Shown here in pieces: positions 1-21,685 of a stretch of DNA of 64,000 nt (position 1 is its first letter; each line of letters opens with the position of its first letter). The notes below the pieces were generated by a model, which was not told the DNA's origin, ran no database searches, and was given only the letters and a program-made list of their open reading frames with translations. Made by a program: the position numbers and the translations under genes. Source of the DNA: Acanthaster planci (lineage: Eukaryota); assembly GCF_001949145.1 (NCBI RefSeq), contig NW_019091356.1, positions 2,178,932 to 2,242,931 on the forward strand, given 5' to 3'.

Positions 1-175
1 GGCACGTGCCCCCCCCCCACAAATTCCCAATGCCCCCTAGGTGCCCCCCCCCACTAAAAAAGTGAATGAATGTATATTGAACAAGGCTAACAAAAACTTG
101 CCCCCCAAAGACACACCACCGAAAGCTGGTGCCCCTTTCTGCGCCCCCGCTTGTAAAATCCTAGCTACGCCGCTG
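1..175. mobile_element. hAT-like MITE, 5'-truncated by the window; same family as 3590-3814
   Basis: Shares ggcacgtgccc...gaacaaggctaacaaaaac...cacaccacc.gaaagctggt...aaaat.ctagctac.cc.ctg with the copy at 3590-3814. Confidence 0.8.
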
Positions 176-400
176 CATACAAGTAACAGATATTTTTAAT
201 AGCTCACTAACAAAAGGTCTCAAATGCTATTTCAAACCCAGATAGGCCTGTAAAATTGTTAGTAAGCATGTTGATAGAACCGTACATACTCTTTCTACCT
301 GTTAATAAAGGTCAACTCTTATCTCCCCACTACCTTACTACTACCCTGAAAAACTGATCGTATATTTTGCTCATTTAACATTTGTGGCATTTGTGCTCAG

Positions 401-3400
401 GTGACGTGATGGGACCAACCTTGAACAACCTGCACAATCTCATCCGACTGCCGTTTGGCTGCGGAGAGCAGAACATGATCCACTTTGCTCCCATCGTGTA
501 CGTAATGCACTACCTTCAGCACACCAATCAGATGGACAAGGAGACTGAGATCGAAGCCAACACCTTCCTCGTCCAAGGTATAGGCTCAACGTTTTGCACA
601 GTGATTTCTGTATTTGTTTACTCTCTGCAGATGCAGTTTGTTATCAGTCAATTGGGCGTATGCCACTAACCAATACACTGCCCATAACAACGATTTTGTT
701 TATCCCCCAGGCTATCAGCGTCAGTTGACCTACAGACGTCACTCAGGTTCCTATAGTGCCTTTGGGGAAAGTGACACCTCGGGCAGCATGTGGCTGACCG
801 CCTTTGTCCTCAAATCCTTCTCTCAGTCACGCCGCTTCATCTTCATCGACCCTAAGGAGCTGGAGATGAGCAAGAAGTGGATCATCGCGCACCAGCAGGA
901 GGACGGTTCCTTCCCGCCAGTCGGGAAGGTCCTTAACAAAGACATCCAGGTTTGAAGGAAGATGATCTTATCAATTTTGGGGTGGTTTGGGGTGGAAAAT
1001 AAGACAATGGAGTGTTTCACTGGGATCAGATGGAACATCGTTAGGAAATGTTGCTTGAGAGTTGAGATAGTCTTCACATGCCGTTTTTTCTCGCCCTCAA
1101 TTAGTTTTGGTAATTGAAATAAGAACATTGAGAATTTTGATTTGGAGATCAAGGTTTCCTTTAAATAGGATGCCGACTTTTTGGAGCATTGTCTCCTGTC
1201 AAGTCAAGTGATTATTTAAGCCTGATGATGGTGTTCATTGTTTTGTCTTGTCGTAATGTATTTGGCAAATTTTTATTTGTGCTATAGGGTGGAATTCAAG
1301 GCAACTCCCGGCTGCCCCTCACAGCCTACGTGCTGGTCGCTCTTATGGAGGCAGGTGTAGAATCGGATGCAGAGAAGGAGGCCGTCAGCACAGCTCAGAA
1401 GTTCCTGGAAGACAACGTCGGGTCTATTGTGGATCCATACACTGCGGCGTTGATGGCATATGCACTGACACTGCGCAACAGCCCCTTCGCTGCCATTGCC
1501 GTCCGAGTGCTGTCGTCCAAGGCCATCAGAAGAGGTGCGATGACAGTTTTGAACTAAAGCATCAGTGATGTGGCCATGAAGTGTAATGTTTTTTTCAGAG
1601 GACGCAACAATTTGTAGTCAGATTTTGGAAGGATGGCCTTGCATCTTGCATGGTCTCTGGAATTGTTTACCTGTACATGTATACTGAGAGAAAAATACCT
1701 CTTAATTTTATTTGGTGGGCTTTGAATAAGCAAAACACAGTGCATTTTTACAAAAACATGGTAACCCTTTTGTTTGATGCCATACATGCATGTTTAACTT
1801 CAAGTATCTGTGATGTGAAATGTGTGCAATTTTTTATGGGATTCAAGGTCTCCTCATGGGTGCCCGGTACCCAGTAAATATTGTTACCCATTAAACCAGC
1901 CTTTCTTTTCTTCACAGATGAGGGGTTCTTTTGTATCCTATAGTGAATTACAACAAACTGATCAAGGTGAATTTCAGTTGTTAATATTACCCCTGATATC
2001 TAACTGGTGAACTGTGGATTCTGACCACAGATAGCCTGACCTACTGGCGTCTGAGCGGAGAGGCACTGGAAACTCTCCCTTTCTTCTCTCATGTTGGGGA
2101 CCTGGAACAGACGGTGACCTCAGCAGAGGTAGAGATGACAGCGTACGCCCTGCTGACATACACCGCCCGTGGGGACATTGCATATTCGCTGCCGATTGTC
2201 AAGTGGCTAACGCAACAGAGGAACGCACACGGCGGCTTCTCTTCAACACAGGTAGGACCAACAAGCCAAGTCCAATCAGCTAAGTCCATTTGCCTGGTAA
2301 CCTGTTGCATAAGACATGTAAATATTTCACTGGTATGGCCCAAATCAACCAATGGTTTACTTGTCTTCACTTATCAAACTCGAGAGTGAGTCTAGTTTAT
2401 GAGGTTAGTATGTGTAATGCATATCATTTCTTCAGGAGAAACACGGGCAGACTTTGCAATTACAACCTGGATACAGGTCCAAATTTTCTTTGTGAGTGCT
2501 GATAATGCTGCATCACAGTAGATAGAATGACCATTAACCACCAGGCTTTACAAGTCAGCTAACAAAGACCCATTTTTTTCAGTACGTAATTGGCCTTTTT
2601 GGGGTCCAAGTTTTTGAAGACAACTTGTTTATTCCATCAAATGTTCCTTTTAAAAGTGAAGGATGTTACACAGCAGAACTTGAAGTGCTGTTGTTTTTCT
2701 GCAGAACAAGATCTTGCACTCCGTATTTAAAACTCCCCTTTTAATAAGAAAGAAGGTTAAGAATGATTTCACCACTGATTTTGATGATATTGATCGATGC
2801 TGCTTTTGTTGTTCCATCACAGGATACGTGTGTAGCCTTGCAAGCCCTGGCAGAGTATGCTACCTTGGCCTACGTAGGCCGAGTCAATCTCAACATCTCA
2901 CTGGCATACACAGACTTAGATCTCTTTGTTGAGGACTATTACCATCTGAATAATGAAAACAGTCAAGTCTTACAAGTCAAGGAGGTGAGTCCAAATCGTT
3001 TGCTACCTAATGACAGCATTGTTTGTTGCAAAAAAAAAGGGATTCTTTTTCCGGGGCACAGCAAACATTTTAAAGGTATATTTAAACATTTGTTCTTGTT
3101 TGGAAGGGCAGTACTTCTAGAACTTGAGTTTGACTTGAAAATGCCGGATCTGTATCGATGTACATGGAATGCATGTCACCAAACCTTAGTATTCGCAAAA
3201 GTGATAGAATTATCCAAGAGCCAAATGTCCGTTCTAACCAATAGTTGTTGTAGTATTCAGAAAATGTTGAACAGGTGGTCTGTTTTATATATGAAATCAT
3301 TGAAGTGGTATAAACCCAATTTTGAGGAGTTGCTTTAGCAGAGAGTGGATAACACCATCTCATTTTCCAGTTTTATCAAAACTGAAGTATTTGTTTATTA

Positions 3401-6400
3401 GTTTTGTTGGTTCATTTTCAGATTCCAGTGTTGTCTAAGACGCTGTTCCTCAGTGCATACGGGGAAGGCTGTGGATTACTCCAGGTATGAGCCAGTCCAG
3501 TTTAAGTCTGTATATTCTATCAAAGTTGCTTGCCATTTACCATGTATTGTTTGTAAAGGTTTCCAGCTATACACATGAAGACTGTAGGCCAGTGGCGTAG
3601 CAATGGGCAGGGGGCACGTGCCCTCCCCACCCACAAAGTCCTGTTGCCCCCTCAGGTCCCCCCCCTGAAAAAAAAACAACCGATGAATGGACATTGAACA
3701 AGGCTAACAAAAACCTGCCCCAAAAAACCACACCACTGAAAGCTGGTACCCCCCATAAGATGCTGGTGCCCCCTTTTTGGTCCCCCCACTAGTAAAATTC
3801 TAGCTACACCACTGCTGTTGGCTTCATGGCATCACATGTTCTAAAGGAGAGACAACTCAGTTTCTTGTAAAAAAAAAAAGATATATAGGCCTAGTAACCG
3901 ATAATTTACATTTGTCCTTGTAGGAAACGGAGCAACACCTTCAACTGATGTCTCAGTAGTGGTGACATGATGTTAGGCTGGAAATGTGGTTCAATTAAGT
4001 GTGGCTTGATTCGTATAAATGCACGCTTTGCTTGATTCATATAAATGCACGCTTTTCTACTACAGATCAATATGAAGTACAACATCCCAGACCCTACCGG
4101 GAAACCGGCTTTCAAGCTCACTGTGAACATGATTGAGTCGGTCCCGTACCAGACCCGACGCAGACGATATGTCGACAGCACCACTACCGAGAACCTGACA
4201 CCACCCCACGACAACTACATGGTCACCATGGAGGTATGCACCAGGTGAGTGCCGTGACTGAGTAGCATGTTGACCTTCTGATATCATCCATGTGTGAAGC
4301 CAGCTCACAACCTATGGGTTTGACAGAAGTCCCAGTAAATCTTGAGTACAGGTTTGCTGGCGAGCACAAAGAGCCAAATATCATTGGTGGTGAGACAGAA
4401 TTAGTGATCTGTGGGACATGCACACTTTTGTGATAAAAGTTATGCAAGTAGGATCCTATGTTAAGTTATGTGGGGATTTTCGAACCCTCTAGAGGGTTGG
4501 AATGACCTCCAACTACATTGACACCCCCCTTATCTTCCTAGAAACTTGATCCAGCTTCACCCTTGGGTTCCTTAGTGTAGTTATGTTTTACCATATCCTT
4601 CAAAAAAACCTAACGTGTTGATTGCGTTGTGGCTTATTCTTGAAGTTCTTTAATCTCCTCTTTTTCTTCATTGGCCATGTTAATCCTAGTTTGTTGACCA
4701 CTTGATTGTATGATGACTGAAGTGGGATTAATTACCCGAATTAGTAGTAATGAAAGTAAAAAGTCTCATATTTTCAATTAGTTTCAATCATCTCTTCAAT
4801 CAGTTTCTCTCAGACATAGTGATCTCTAATTGTACATATTTTGCCTTTTAACTGACCAGTGCCTTTGAATGACTGTTTTGTTCAGACACTGTGCGCCTGA
4901 CCCATTCTTTATCCCAGTACATTATTATTATGATGATATCTCCAAGAGATCTTGTCAAAGAATAAATTTTTTGAAGAGAAATTGACCTTTCTTTTTAGGT
5001 GGCTGTATGCCGGTTCTTCCAACATGGCAGTCATTGAGGTTTCACTGATTACTGGTTTCACGGCCGACATCGAGAGTTTGGATCTGGTGGGTCTATTGTG
5101 CCACAATTGATTCTCTGATTAGTATAGCATCATTTTACTGATTTCTTCAAGGCAGTACTGCAGATTTATCTCCTGAGGATAAGTTTATGTATACATATAG
5201 TAAGGTAATTTGTTTACAGATAAATATGTTAGACTAGCCAAAACATCACATAATGTACTCAGCATTGTAGCTCAGAAGCTGTGGAATGTTGAAAATAACC
5301 TTGTGGGCAGGTATGCAAAATACGACACAGTTTATACTGGATAAGTAAGTCTGATTCCTCAAAGTGTGTTGAAGTTTTCTTTTTGATATTCTCCACTCTG
5401 AAACTATGTCTCCTCTTGTTTAACTTTGTCCTACTTATGACAACCATTCTGGCTTGTCTTTGACATTTTATCTTTTTTTTCTCAGCTTCTACGTGACAAG
5501 TACACCAAAGTCAAGCGCTATGAGATTGACGGTCGCAAGGTTATCCTGTACTTTGATGAGATTCCAAGCCAGTGCATGACCTGCATCTCGTTTGATGCCT
5601 ATCAAGACTTTGTAGTTGGGAAGACGCATGCTGTACCGGTCAAGGTTTACGATTATTACGAGCCACGTAAGTTTGCCCTAGAAAAAAATCATTCACCAAC
5701 CCCCTTTGCAATTCTTAGGAGTCTGTTTTGATATTGTCATAATATCTCAAGGGAAAAATATGTTTTTTCCATGTGTGAAGAACTTCGGTTTCCCTGTGAA
5801 ACACATTCACAAAAAAAGTTTCTCTTGAATGAGTATGATAGAAGTTTGTTTTCACTTTGCTGGTAGATTTTGAGGCCTCCAAGTTTTACAATGTCAGTCG
5901 CGACAGCCCTCTGGCCCGGGAGCTGTGTGAGGACGATCACTGCAACCAGGTCCACGAGACTGAGGACAGCAGCCACAGTGCAGGTGAGACAACATCCTCG
6001 TTGGGACACAGAGAGGGGTGATCCAAGTCCTCTTAGTGCCTTTGATAGGAAGTCAGAGGGTGGAAACAAAATGCCATTTTCATGAACCACAAGAGGTCGG
6101 CGCAATAGTAGGACTTTGAGTAGCCTTATTTTCCTGAAACCTGATGTTAACAAGAAGACTAATCTTTGAATAAAACAGCTGAGATGAACGTCATGTTCAT
6201 TCCATTGCCTGAACTGCAGGACAGAAGTCTTTTAAGTTGAAGTAATGAGAGTAACATGGCATGATTTACCCTTTGATTTTTTCTGTGGCTACATGTACAG
6301 CCATATGGTTGGAGATTGTTGGGTCGGGGGTTCCAATCCAGCCACTGATAGTGTGGTATGTCCCTGGGTGGGCCTTTTTACTCCTCTTAGTCGATTTCTG

Positions 6401-9287
6401 TCTAAGGGTATAAGTAGTCACCAGCATTACACACTAAAATGATGGGCATCCGATACAAAACAAGCAGAAATAACCTTTGAAAATTTATTTGTCTTTCTTG
6501 AAATGTATTTCCAGCCTCTCCCCCCAATTTTGCCCCCTCTATTTCCGTGTTGCAATAGGCTGAAATAAACAATTAGCATAACAATACTTCACAGCACCAC
6601 TTATTTTTCGTCTCCCACTGCAACAGAGCAACCGGCCATGGAGAACTACAACCCAGAAAACTGCAACTCCATCTCCGGTGACTGCCAGTCGACCTTTGAC
6701 CTCATCCAGTGCATGTGCGAGCGCACCTGTGACACGGGAGGGCCCAAAGTGTGTGCCAGCAACAATGTGACCTACGACACGTACTGTCACATGGAGGTTG
6801 CTGCGTGTCAACTCAACGAAAACCTCGAGGCAATGCCCCTCTCCAACTGCCCAGGTGAGAACGAATTGCCCCCAGTTTTTGACACACCAAGTATACTTTG
6901 GTTTAGAACACTTTCGTTGGCGCAGTAAATTTGTAGCATGCTGTGCTGTGCTGTTTTGTTTTTGGTGCTGATCAGTTCAAAAAACAAATTGAATTTCAGA
7001 TGTTTGAAATCTTTGCCGACTTTGGAACTTTTATTCTCTTTGTTCCAAGTATTTTACATTGTGTACATGTAAAACATATGCAGGGAACAATAAACCATCT
7101 CAGTGTTGAAATTCGGTTAAACACAAGTTAGGGTTCTGATGCTCCTGCAAGTTTAAGTTATTAACTACACTAAGAATCTGCAGAGCATTGGAGTGTTAGG
7201 GGTTTGAACATTCTCTTGGGTTGCCAAAATTGGAAAGGTACAGGTTGAACGGTAGTAAATGCCTGTTAACGGCATCCTGACCATTGATAGCTGAGCCCCT
7301 TTTTCAACCAATCCTGGATCCACTCGTGACTACTAGCCATAGTTACATATATGCAAGATTGACAGTAATAAGAGGATGGCTTAATCGTTCTCTGCTGTCG
7401 ATTTCTTGTTAAAGCCACTGACTGTGGAAGTATAGGCTTTAAAATCATCTTCTATTATGTGTTCATTCACAGAAAAGCCAGATGAAGCCCCAACTCCAGA
7501 AGGCTCAGCTGCCATCTGGGGTGACCATGACACGGAGGAACCTGATGAGCAAATGTCACAGAGCAGTGACTCATCTTCCTACAGCGAGCACAGCATGGGC
7601 ATGGAGGAAATGGGCGACCACCCTGGTTTCAAAGAATGGGATGGGATGCAGTCACCCTGGAGGTTTGAGATCGAGAGCGAGGGTGCAAAGGAGAAGGGAA
7701 GGATAGACGATGAGATCCCAGACGTGATGCGGGTACAAAAGGGGGAAAAGGAGGAGGCTGTAGATTGGGGTGAGGAAGGTGCTGGTGAGGAAACATTGGA
7801 TGAGCCTCTCCCAGAACCTCTTCCTGCTTCGTCTCTATCTCAGGGCCCCCGCCCACTGGCAGTCAGGGATGGGGATGATGAAGCCCCAGCCATGGAGGAA
7901 AGACCCACCGAGGTGGACATGGAACAGGAGCACACCAAGGTAGATGGGGACATCCCAGACTTGACCAACGAGGATGGGACTGAGGCAGCAAATGTCGGGG
8001 ATACTCTCGGGGGAGATGCCCCAACGGGTGAGGGAAAGAATATTGGTGATGCTTTGGAGATGGGGTTGGACACTGGAGAGGCTCAACAGGAAGACGGTGT
8101 CCACGTGGATCCCTCACTGGGTGATGCAGGTGAAGATGGTGATGGCGTGATGCTCAGAGAGTGGTTGCACGAAAGTCAAGAAGCCGAGACTGGAGGAGAG
8201 ATAACTGAAGAGGAGGAACCAGGTCATGACTTTGAGATGGATGCTGGCATGACACAAGCAGGTGAGGAGGTCAGGGGTAAGGAGGAGACACCTTCTGCGG
8301 CAGGATCACCCATAACCCAAGAAGATGCTCCAGGGCACCATGTACATTCTGAAGGTAAGTGTTTCATGAAGTCTTAATGCATCTCAATGAGCAATGGAAA
8401 AGTGGATCATGTTATATTACCACCAATGGTTATTGGTGGTAATATAACATGATCCACTTTAGTAATTAGTTCAAGGTCTTGTAAACTTCTGGCCTGAGCA
8501 CAGGGTAAGTTAGAGTCTAATACAAGGGGTTTTCCTAGTCTTTGGGCCTGCTCAACTTTTGGGCTATAAGAGATAATTTTAAGTCCTATCCGACCTGGGC
8601 AGAAGTACCCCCTCATTGGTTGAAAAGACCCATGCTGGTGGGGAGTGTTCATTTTGTTGGTAGCAATGCGTACGCAAGGATCTCATAGTCGTTTGGGAAC
8701 TGAAACGTGCATTTCCCACTAAGGGAGCCTCCATTGCTAGGAAATTTGTGCCCTCTCTTGGTCCAGCTCAGCTCATTATCTTGGAAAACTTTAGCTCAGT
8801 ATAAGACCATGCTTCAAGATTATCACATAACAGTTTTGGGGAGTGATTTGTTTTGGTCTACACATTCAGGTAACATAAGGATTCTGGAGCTGAGCCAAAG
8901 CCATAGTTTGGGATGCATGTTGCCCATTTTGTCGCCAAAAAGACTAGTTTGCTTTGGGCATGGCATTAGAAGCAACATTTCAAGTTACTTTCAGCTGGAA
9001 GTGTTCATAAGTGCATCGTTCATTTCCCAGGTGATTCTAAGACTCAAGATGACAACCTGAGTGCCGGCAACCAGCAGGAGACATCAGAGGAGAGCCCGAC
9101 CCAACTGGCAGAAGAGGTAGCTCCTGTTCGCTTGGGCAGCCCCGGTGTGATCGGACTCGACACCATGATCAATGACGAGGCAGGAGTGGCGGTTAATGAT
9201 GAAGGGGAGGAGGGGGTCAACATACGGCAGGTTGAAACCCACAAAACGACCAAAGAAAGAAGAACAAGGGAGCTCAGAAAGGCCTAA
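401..9287 (+). CDS. CPAMD8: C3/PZP-like alpha-2-macroglobulin domain-containing thioester protein (CPAMD8-like), 5'-truncated by the window edge; ~1013 aa visible
   Basis: 13 AG/GT-bounded exons that join in frame: 401-577, 711-949, 1288-1534, 2031-2251, 2823-2984, 3422-3484, 4066-4244, 4999-5086, 5486-5666, 5867-5983, 6627-6854, 7473-8354, 9031-9287 (TAA). Motifs: [21 protein letters not shown] thioester region (here [17 protein letters not shown]), [41 protein letters not shown], receptor-binding domain [15 protein letters not shown]...VKVYDYYEP, then a C-terminal Kazal domain. The Kazal domain distinguishes CPAMD8 from A2M, CD109 and C3. Confidence 0.92.
457..471 (+). other. Thioester motif GCGEQ of the CPAMD8-like protein
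   Basis: ggc tgc gga gag cag in exon 401-577. Confidence 0.95.
3590..3814. mobile_element. hAT-like MITE
   Basis: TIRs cagtggcgtagc / gctacaccactg; 8-bp flanking direct repeat ctgtaggc / ctgttggc (7/8 match). CAG termini with an 8-bp TSD are typical of hAT elements. Confidence 0.8.
6627..6854 (+). other. Kazal-domain exon of the CPAMD8-like protein
   Basis: [45 protein letters not shown]; phase 1-1 exon. Confidence 0.85.
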
Positions 9288-11766
9288 GGTTATTTACTGC
9301 TTACCGTAAAGCCACTTATTTCAGCACTTCAGTATTTCTCAATGCAGGATCGCAGTGGATGCTTATCATATTCTCTGAGTATCGACGATACGAGTGGTAA
9401 TTCACGGACTCTTTTGCCGCACGGTAAATGTTTCGAAAAATGAAGAATCCATCTTCTTCAGGTCGGCGATAGGCCACATGGCTTGGACCACCATTTGTTC
9501 TGTGTGGATATTCGTGCCCCAGGAAATGTGGCCACTTTCAGCTCTAGTAAATAAGCTGCCTCCGGTAAACAGCACAAAAAATGAACGAGTAAAGATTTCT
9601 TGGGGGGGGGAGGAATTGAACTTTCCACATAAACGGGGAAAATTTTAAGTGTTTGAAAAGTTGGTTATTTATAAACTGCTACGTATGTATTGCACAGCAT
9701 GCTTGATATCGATTTTATTTCTGTACATATCTAGACTGCATTTGTAACTGGTTGCTTAGTTCTCCCATGTTAGAACAAATTCAGTCTACACTGATCTTGT
9801 ACAAAGCATTACAAACATATATCAATACATAAGTGTTTATGTAGACACTGCCTTGTATTGTAGTTTTGAAGTAATTTTATTTGTGTAAAACTCTTTGAGC
9901 TGTGTAAAAACAAACATTTGTGCCTACTTCCAAGGTTATTTGTATAATTTATGTTAAACAAATGACTACCCTTGGATTTTAAAAAGTCAAATTTTGTCTC
10001 TCTTAAATGATTGCATTTGAACAACTTCGGTGTCCAGAAAGACTTGTCGCAATGTCTTGAAATGGAAGGTCATTACATAAATAAAACCAAAAAATATTTC
10101 TTGATATTTTCTATATTGCATATTCCTGACGTCACTCGCCTTGAAAATGATGGCGATGACATGCCTTTAATGCACATTTCTCCAAGCCACCAGACTAGTT
10201 CTGTAGAAGCAAACTTCTGTCTAAGGAACACAATGAATAGTTTCAAATATCAACTTTTAATGCTTTTATTTATGTCATCAGAAGACGTTTTAAGTGCTTC
10301 TGAAAATATAAACATTGTAAATTACGGGTGGAAAAAATCTAGGGAACAGTAGTTGACATGTCTACTGTGGTTAAAAAAAATGATACAAATTCATTTCAAA
10401 AAGCATGTGGCCATTTCAGTTTTTAAGAAATTCAATTTTTAAAGCTACATATAATCCACACTTGTATAAAGTTTTCTTGCACATCTTCACGGTAGCACTT
10501 TAGATCATAATTTTTCCAAGTTATATAAAACTGATCTCTAGGCTTTCTGCGCTACTTCAGCGTTTATAGAGTGAAGCTTATAAAACAGTATTAATGTATC
10601 AGCTTTTTTGTACAAAACTTGCCAAGGTGTGTCTTGGAAATACGCGTCTGTAATTTAACGTAGTCACGTTATTAATAACTGTGCTTGTTTGAATGAATCA
10701 AAATTTGGTTGTGTCTCAGTTTTTGTGTACCCAAGTATTATCAACACACTCTGTGAATTTTGATTGGCTTAGGCATGACCATGTGACATCTTGGCTCAGG
10801 AGAAGCAACTGCCAATGCATGACTTTTTTGTCAGTTTTGTGAGACACACTTTTACTTTCGGGCCAAACTGTAACAAAGACTGTTAAATCCAAACCAGAAC
10901 CTCTTTTTCTTAAAGTTTTACCCACCACAATCAGTAGTCTGTATTCAATGTCATTAGTCACGGGAAATCTCAGCATTGACAAGGTGACGCTGGTAGTTAA
11001 CATTTTGGTTAAAGAGGTCATCTTAACCCTTTTTTAACAATGAGATACTTTTCCCAAGATTGTTGCACTGTTACATTTGAGTATAAGTAGAGAAGTATTT
11101 GCATGCTAGATTTTCACAGAGATTAATTATATATTTTTTTTGTCATGAACAAGTACATAGTGAATGTATAAAAGGGTGAGAACCAATCTAGCTAAAGTTC
11201 GTTCCACAGAAGTTGTATTTCGGGGGGGTAGCTAAAAATTACTATTCAAATTTCTGGTTGTTCATCCAAGAATCATGTAGCATAAAAGAACTGTTTAAAA
11301 TAGACAAGAATGCAACATTCAAGGAAGCCACAGAAACAGATCGTCATTTCAAATGGTGTAAAACAACAGAATGACCCAAATTTGCCAAGATCTGACTCAA
11401 TTTTTGTATGATATACAAGGCCAGCACTACTCCTAAACTAGTGGCTAAATACAACAAATTTGGTCTACAACGCGATGGAATTCTTCAGGTCTAGAACGTT
11501 TCACGGCTGTAAAGCCCAGGGAGTTGAGGTCATGCACTTTTTGACCAGCGTTTGACCGTAATCTTTGATCGTACACCTTTTTCTCATTTCTACGCCAGGC
11601 ATCACACCACAAACTGCTCATACACATGTTTTGAATGTTTTATTATATAAATAGTGTGCTTGTAAGTTAACTGTACCTGTAACGTTGCCCATTTGGCATC
11701 TATTTACGAAGCCGTGTAGACTAACATACCAGTATGTATGAGTAACTATTGATGTTTACTGTTTGT

Positions 11767-11793
11767 AATAAATATCCACTGAGCATCAATAAA
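11767..11793 (+). terminator. Candidate polyadenylation signals of the CPAMD8-like gene (long AT-rich 3' UTR of ~2.5 kb)
   Basis: Two AATAAA at 11767-11772 and 11788-11793 at the end of an AT-rich ORF-poor stretch after the stop at 9287; an earlier AATAAA exists near 10080. Confidence 0.4.
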
Positions 11794-12943
11794 GTTTTAA
11801 AAAAACTAACACGTGCGTTTGCAGTTTCATGACAGGTAACGGCCAAAGAAAATATCTTGAAGATTCTCAAATGAAATGAGATTTCTTGTAAGATATTGTC
11901 TCTCGTATACTGTGCAGGGACTGTTCAGGGGAACAGAACATGGTGCCCGTGTGTGCATTGAGGAGACACCGCTGCTACCAACAGCAGAGTGGTGGTGAGA
12001 CAGCCAATCAGTGGTGGGCACGGGTTTTATAGGGGGTCTCGAGGCTAAGCGGATATTTCTTCCTTGAATTGGACTGGAATAAAGGCTATGATAAATTTTC
12101 AAAGGGAAGTAAAGTCTGACTCTTCCACGAGGCATGAAGACTAGTCTCCTCTCAAGACTGGCAATGAAACCATTTTCCCACAGGACAGTACGTTGTGTAT
12201 CCCTTTACTGATGTGTAATAGAAACAGGCGTCCTGGACACACCTGCAAACTGCACTAAAACATGTATATCGAACAGGCCAGCCGACCCAGATAAGGTCAG
12301 TGGTCAAGATTTCTGCAATAGTAAGCAGAAGGTCGTGGGTGTGAATCTTGCTCAAACAAACCTGTGCATTTGTAAATTTATTTCTCACAAGCTCTTGGTG
12401 AGCACCGAGCATGTATTTGGCAAGAGGTAAATGAAAAATTCAAATTTACTTTAAAATTGGGTTAAAAATGGAGCGAGTCCAATTGCACGGTTTATATTCA
12501 ATTGTTGGGTGGCATTTATCACCTACAGGCCTGGGTTGAGCTTCCGTCTTCATCTCCACGCCTGGTGACACTGTGATCTCTGTTGGTGTGGCCCATGATG
12601 AGGTCATGAACTTTGACCCCTCTCTGCTTGGAGTCTACCAATTTGCTACACTTGAAAGGGCCAGACTGCTGCGATCAAGAAACACGAAATTAAATGTAAC
12701 TGTTTTTGGAGTCGATGCCCGCTCATCATCCCATTCAATGAACACTCATATGATTTCTCAAAACAAATTGACTCCTATGGAGGACGCCCCATCCCCCACA
12801 GTTTCTTGTAAAAAAAAAACACATCCTCCTAATCCCTCTTCATTTTAGAGAGGATATTTGTGCCGGAGGTATCTGATATCGCTCTATATGTTCTCATTGG
12901 TTCACCAAGGGGATAGATCCGGATATTACTACAAGCCCAGCCA

Positions 12944-16184
<3,241 letters not shown>

Positions 16185-16469
16185 TGTCGCTTTCCTTGGA
16201 TTAAAATTAAAAAGTATTGAAGCCCGGAAGGATCTAGGCCAAGCTAGCCTAGGCAAAGATTATGAAGATGCATCATTGTATGACGACGAAAGCCGAGTCT
16301 TATTATTTGTAACTCTTGAGGGCGCACTTCACGTAGCACAGACGACTAGTGCTGCGGCAGCTGTTCGTGCAGACTGGATCAGCATGCATCAGGCTAAAAA
16401 GTTCTGATCTTGACGTTTCCTTGGGTCAGTCCCAAAAGTAGCCAGGTACCCATTTGGACACACACTTTC
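16185..16469. promoter_or_regulatory. Bidirectional promoter region between SAC3D1 and TSTD2
   Basis: Divergent ATGs at 16184 (-) and 16470 (+) with 285 bp between them; locally CpG-containing. Confidence 0.65.

Positions 16470-21685
<5,216 letters not shown>

Noticed and set aside
401..9287. Calling the thioester gene complement C3, A2M or CD109
   Set aside because: It has a C-terminal Kazal domain and the VLNKDIQGG and [14 protein letters not shown] motifs typical of CPAMD8, with no C345C domain and no GPI-type hydrophobic tail.
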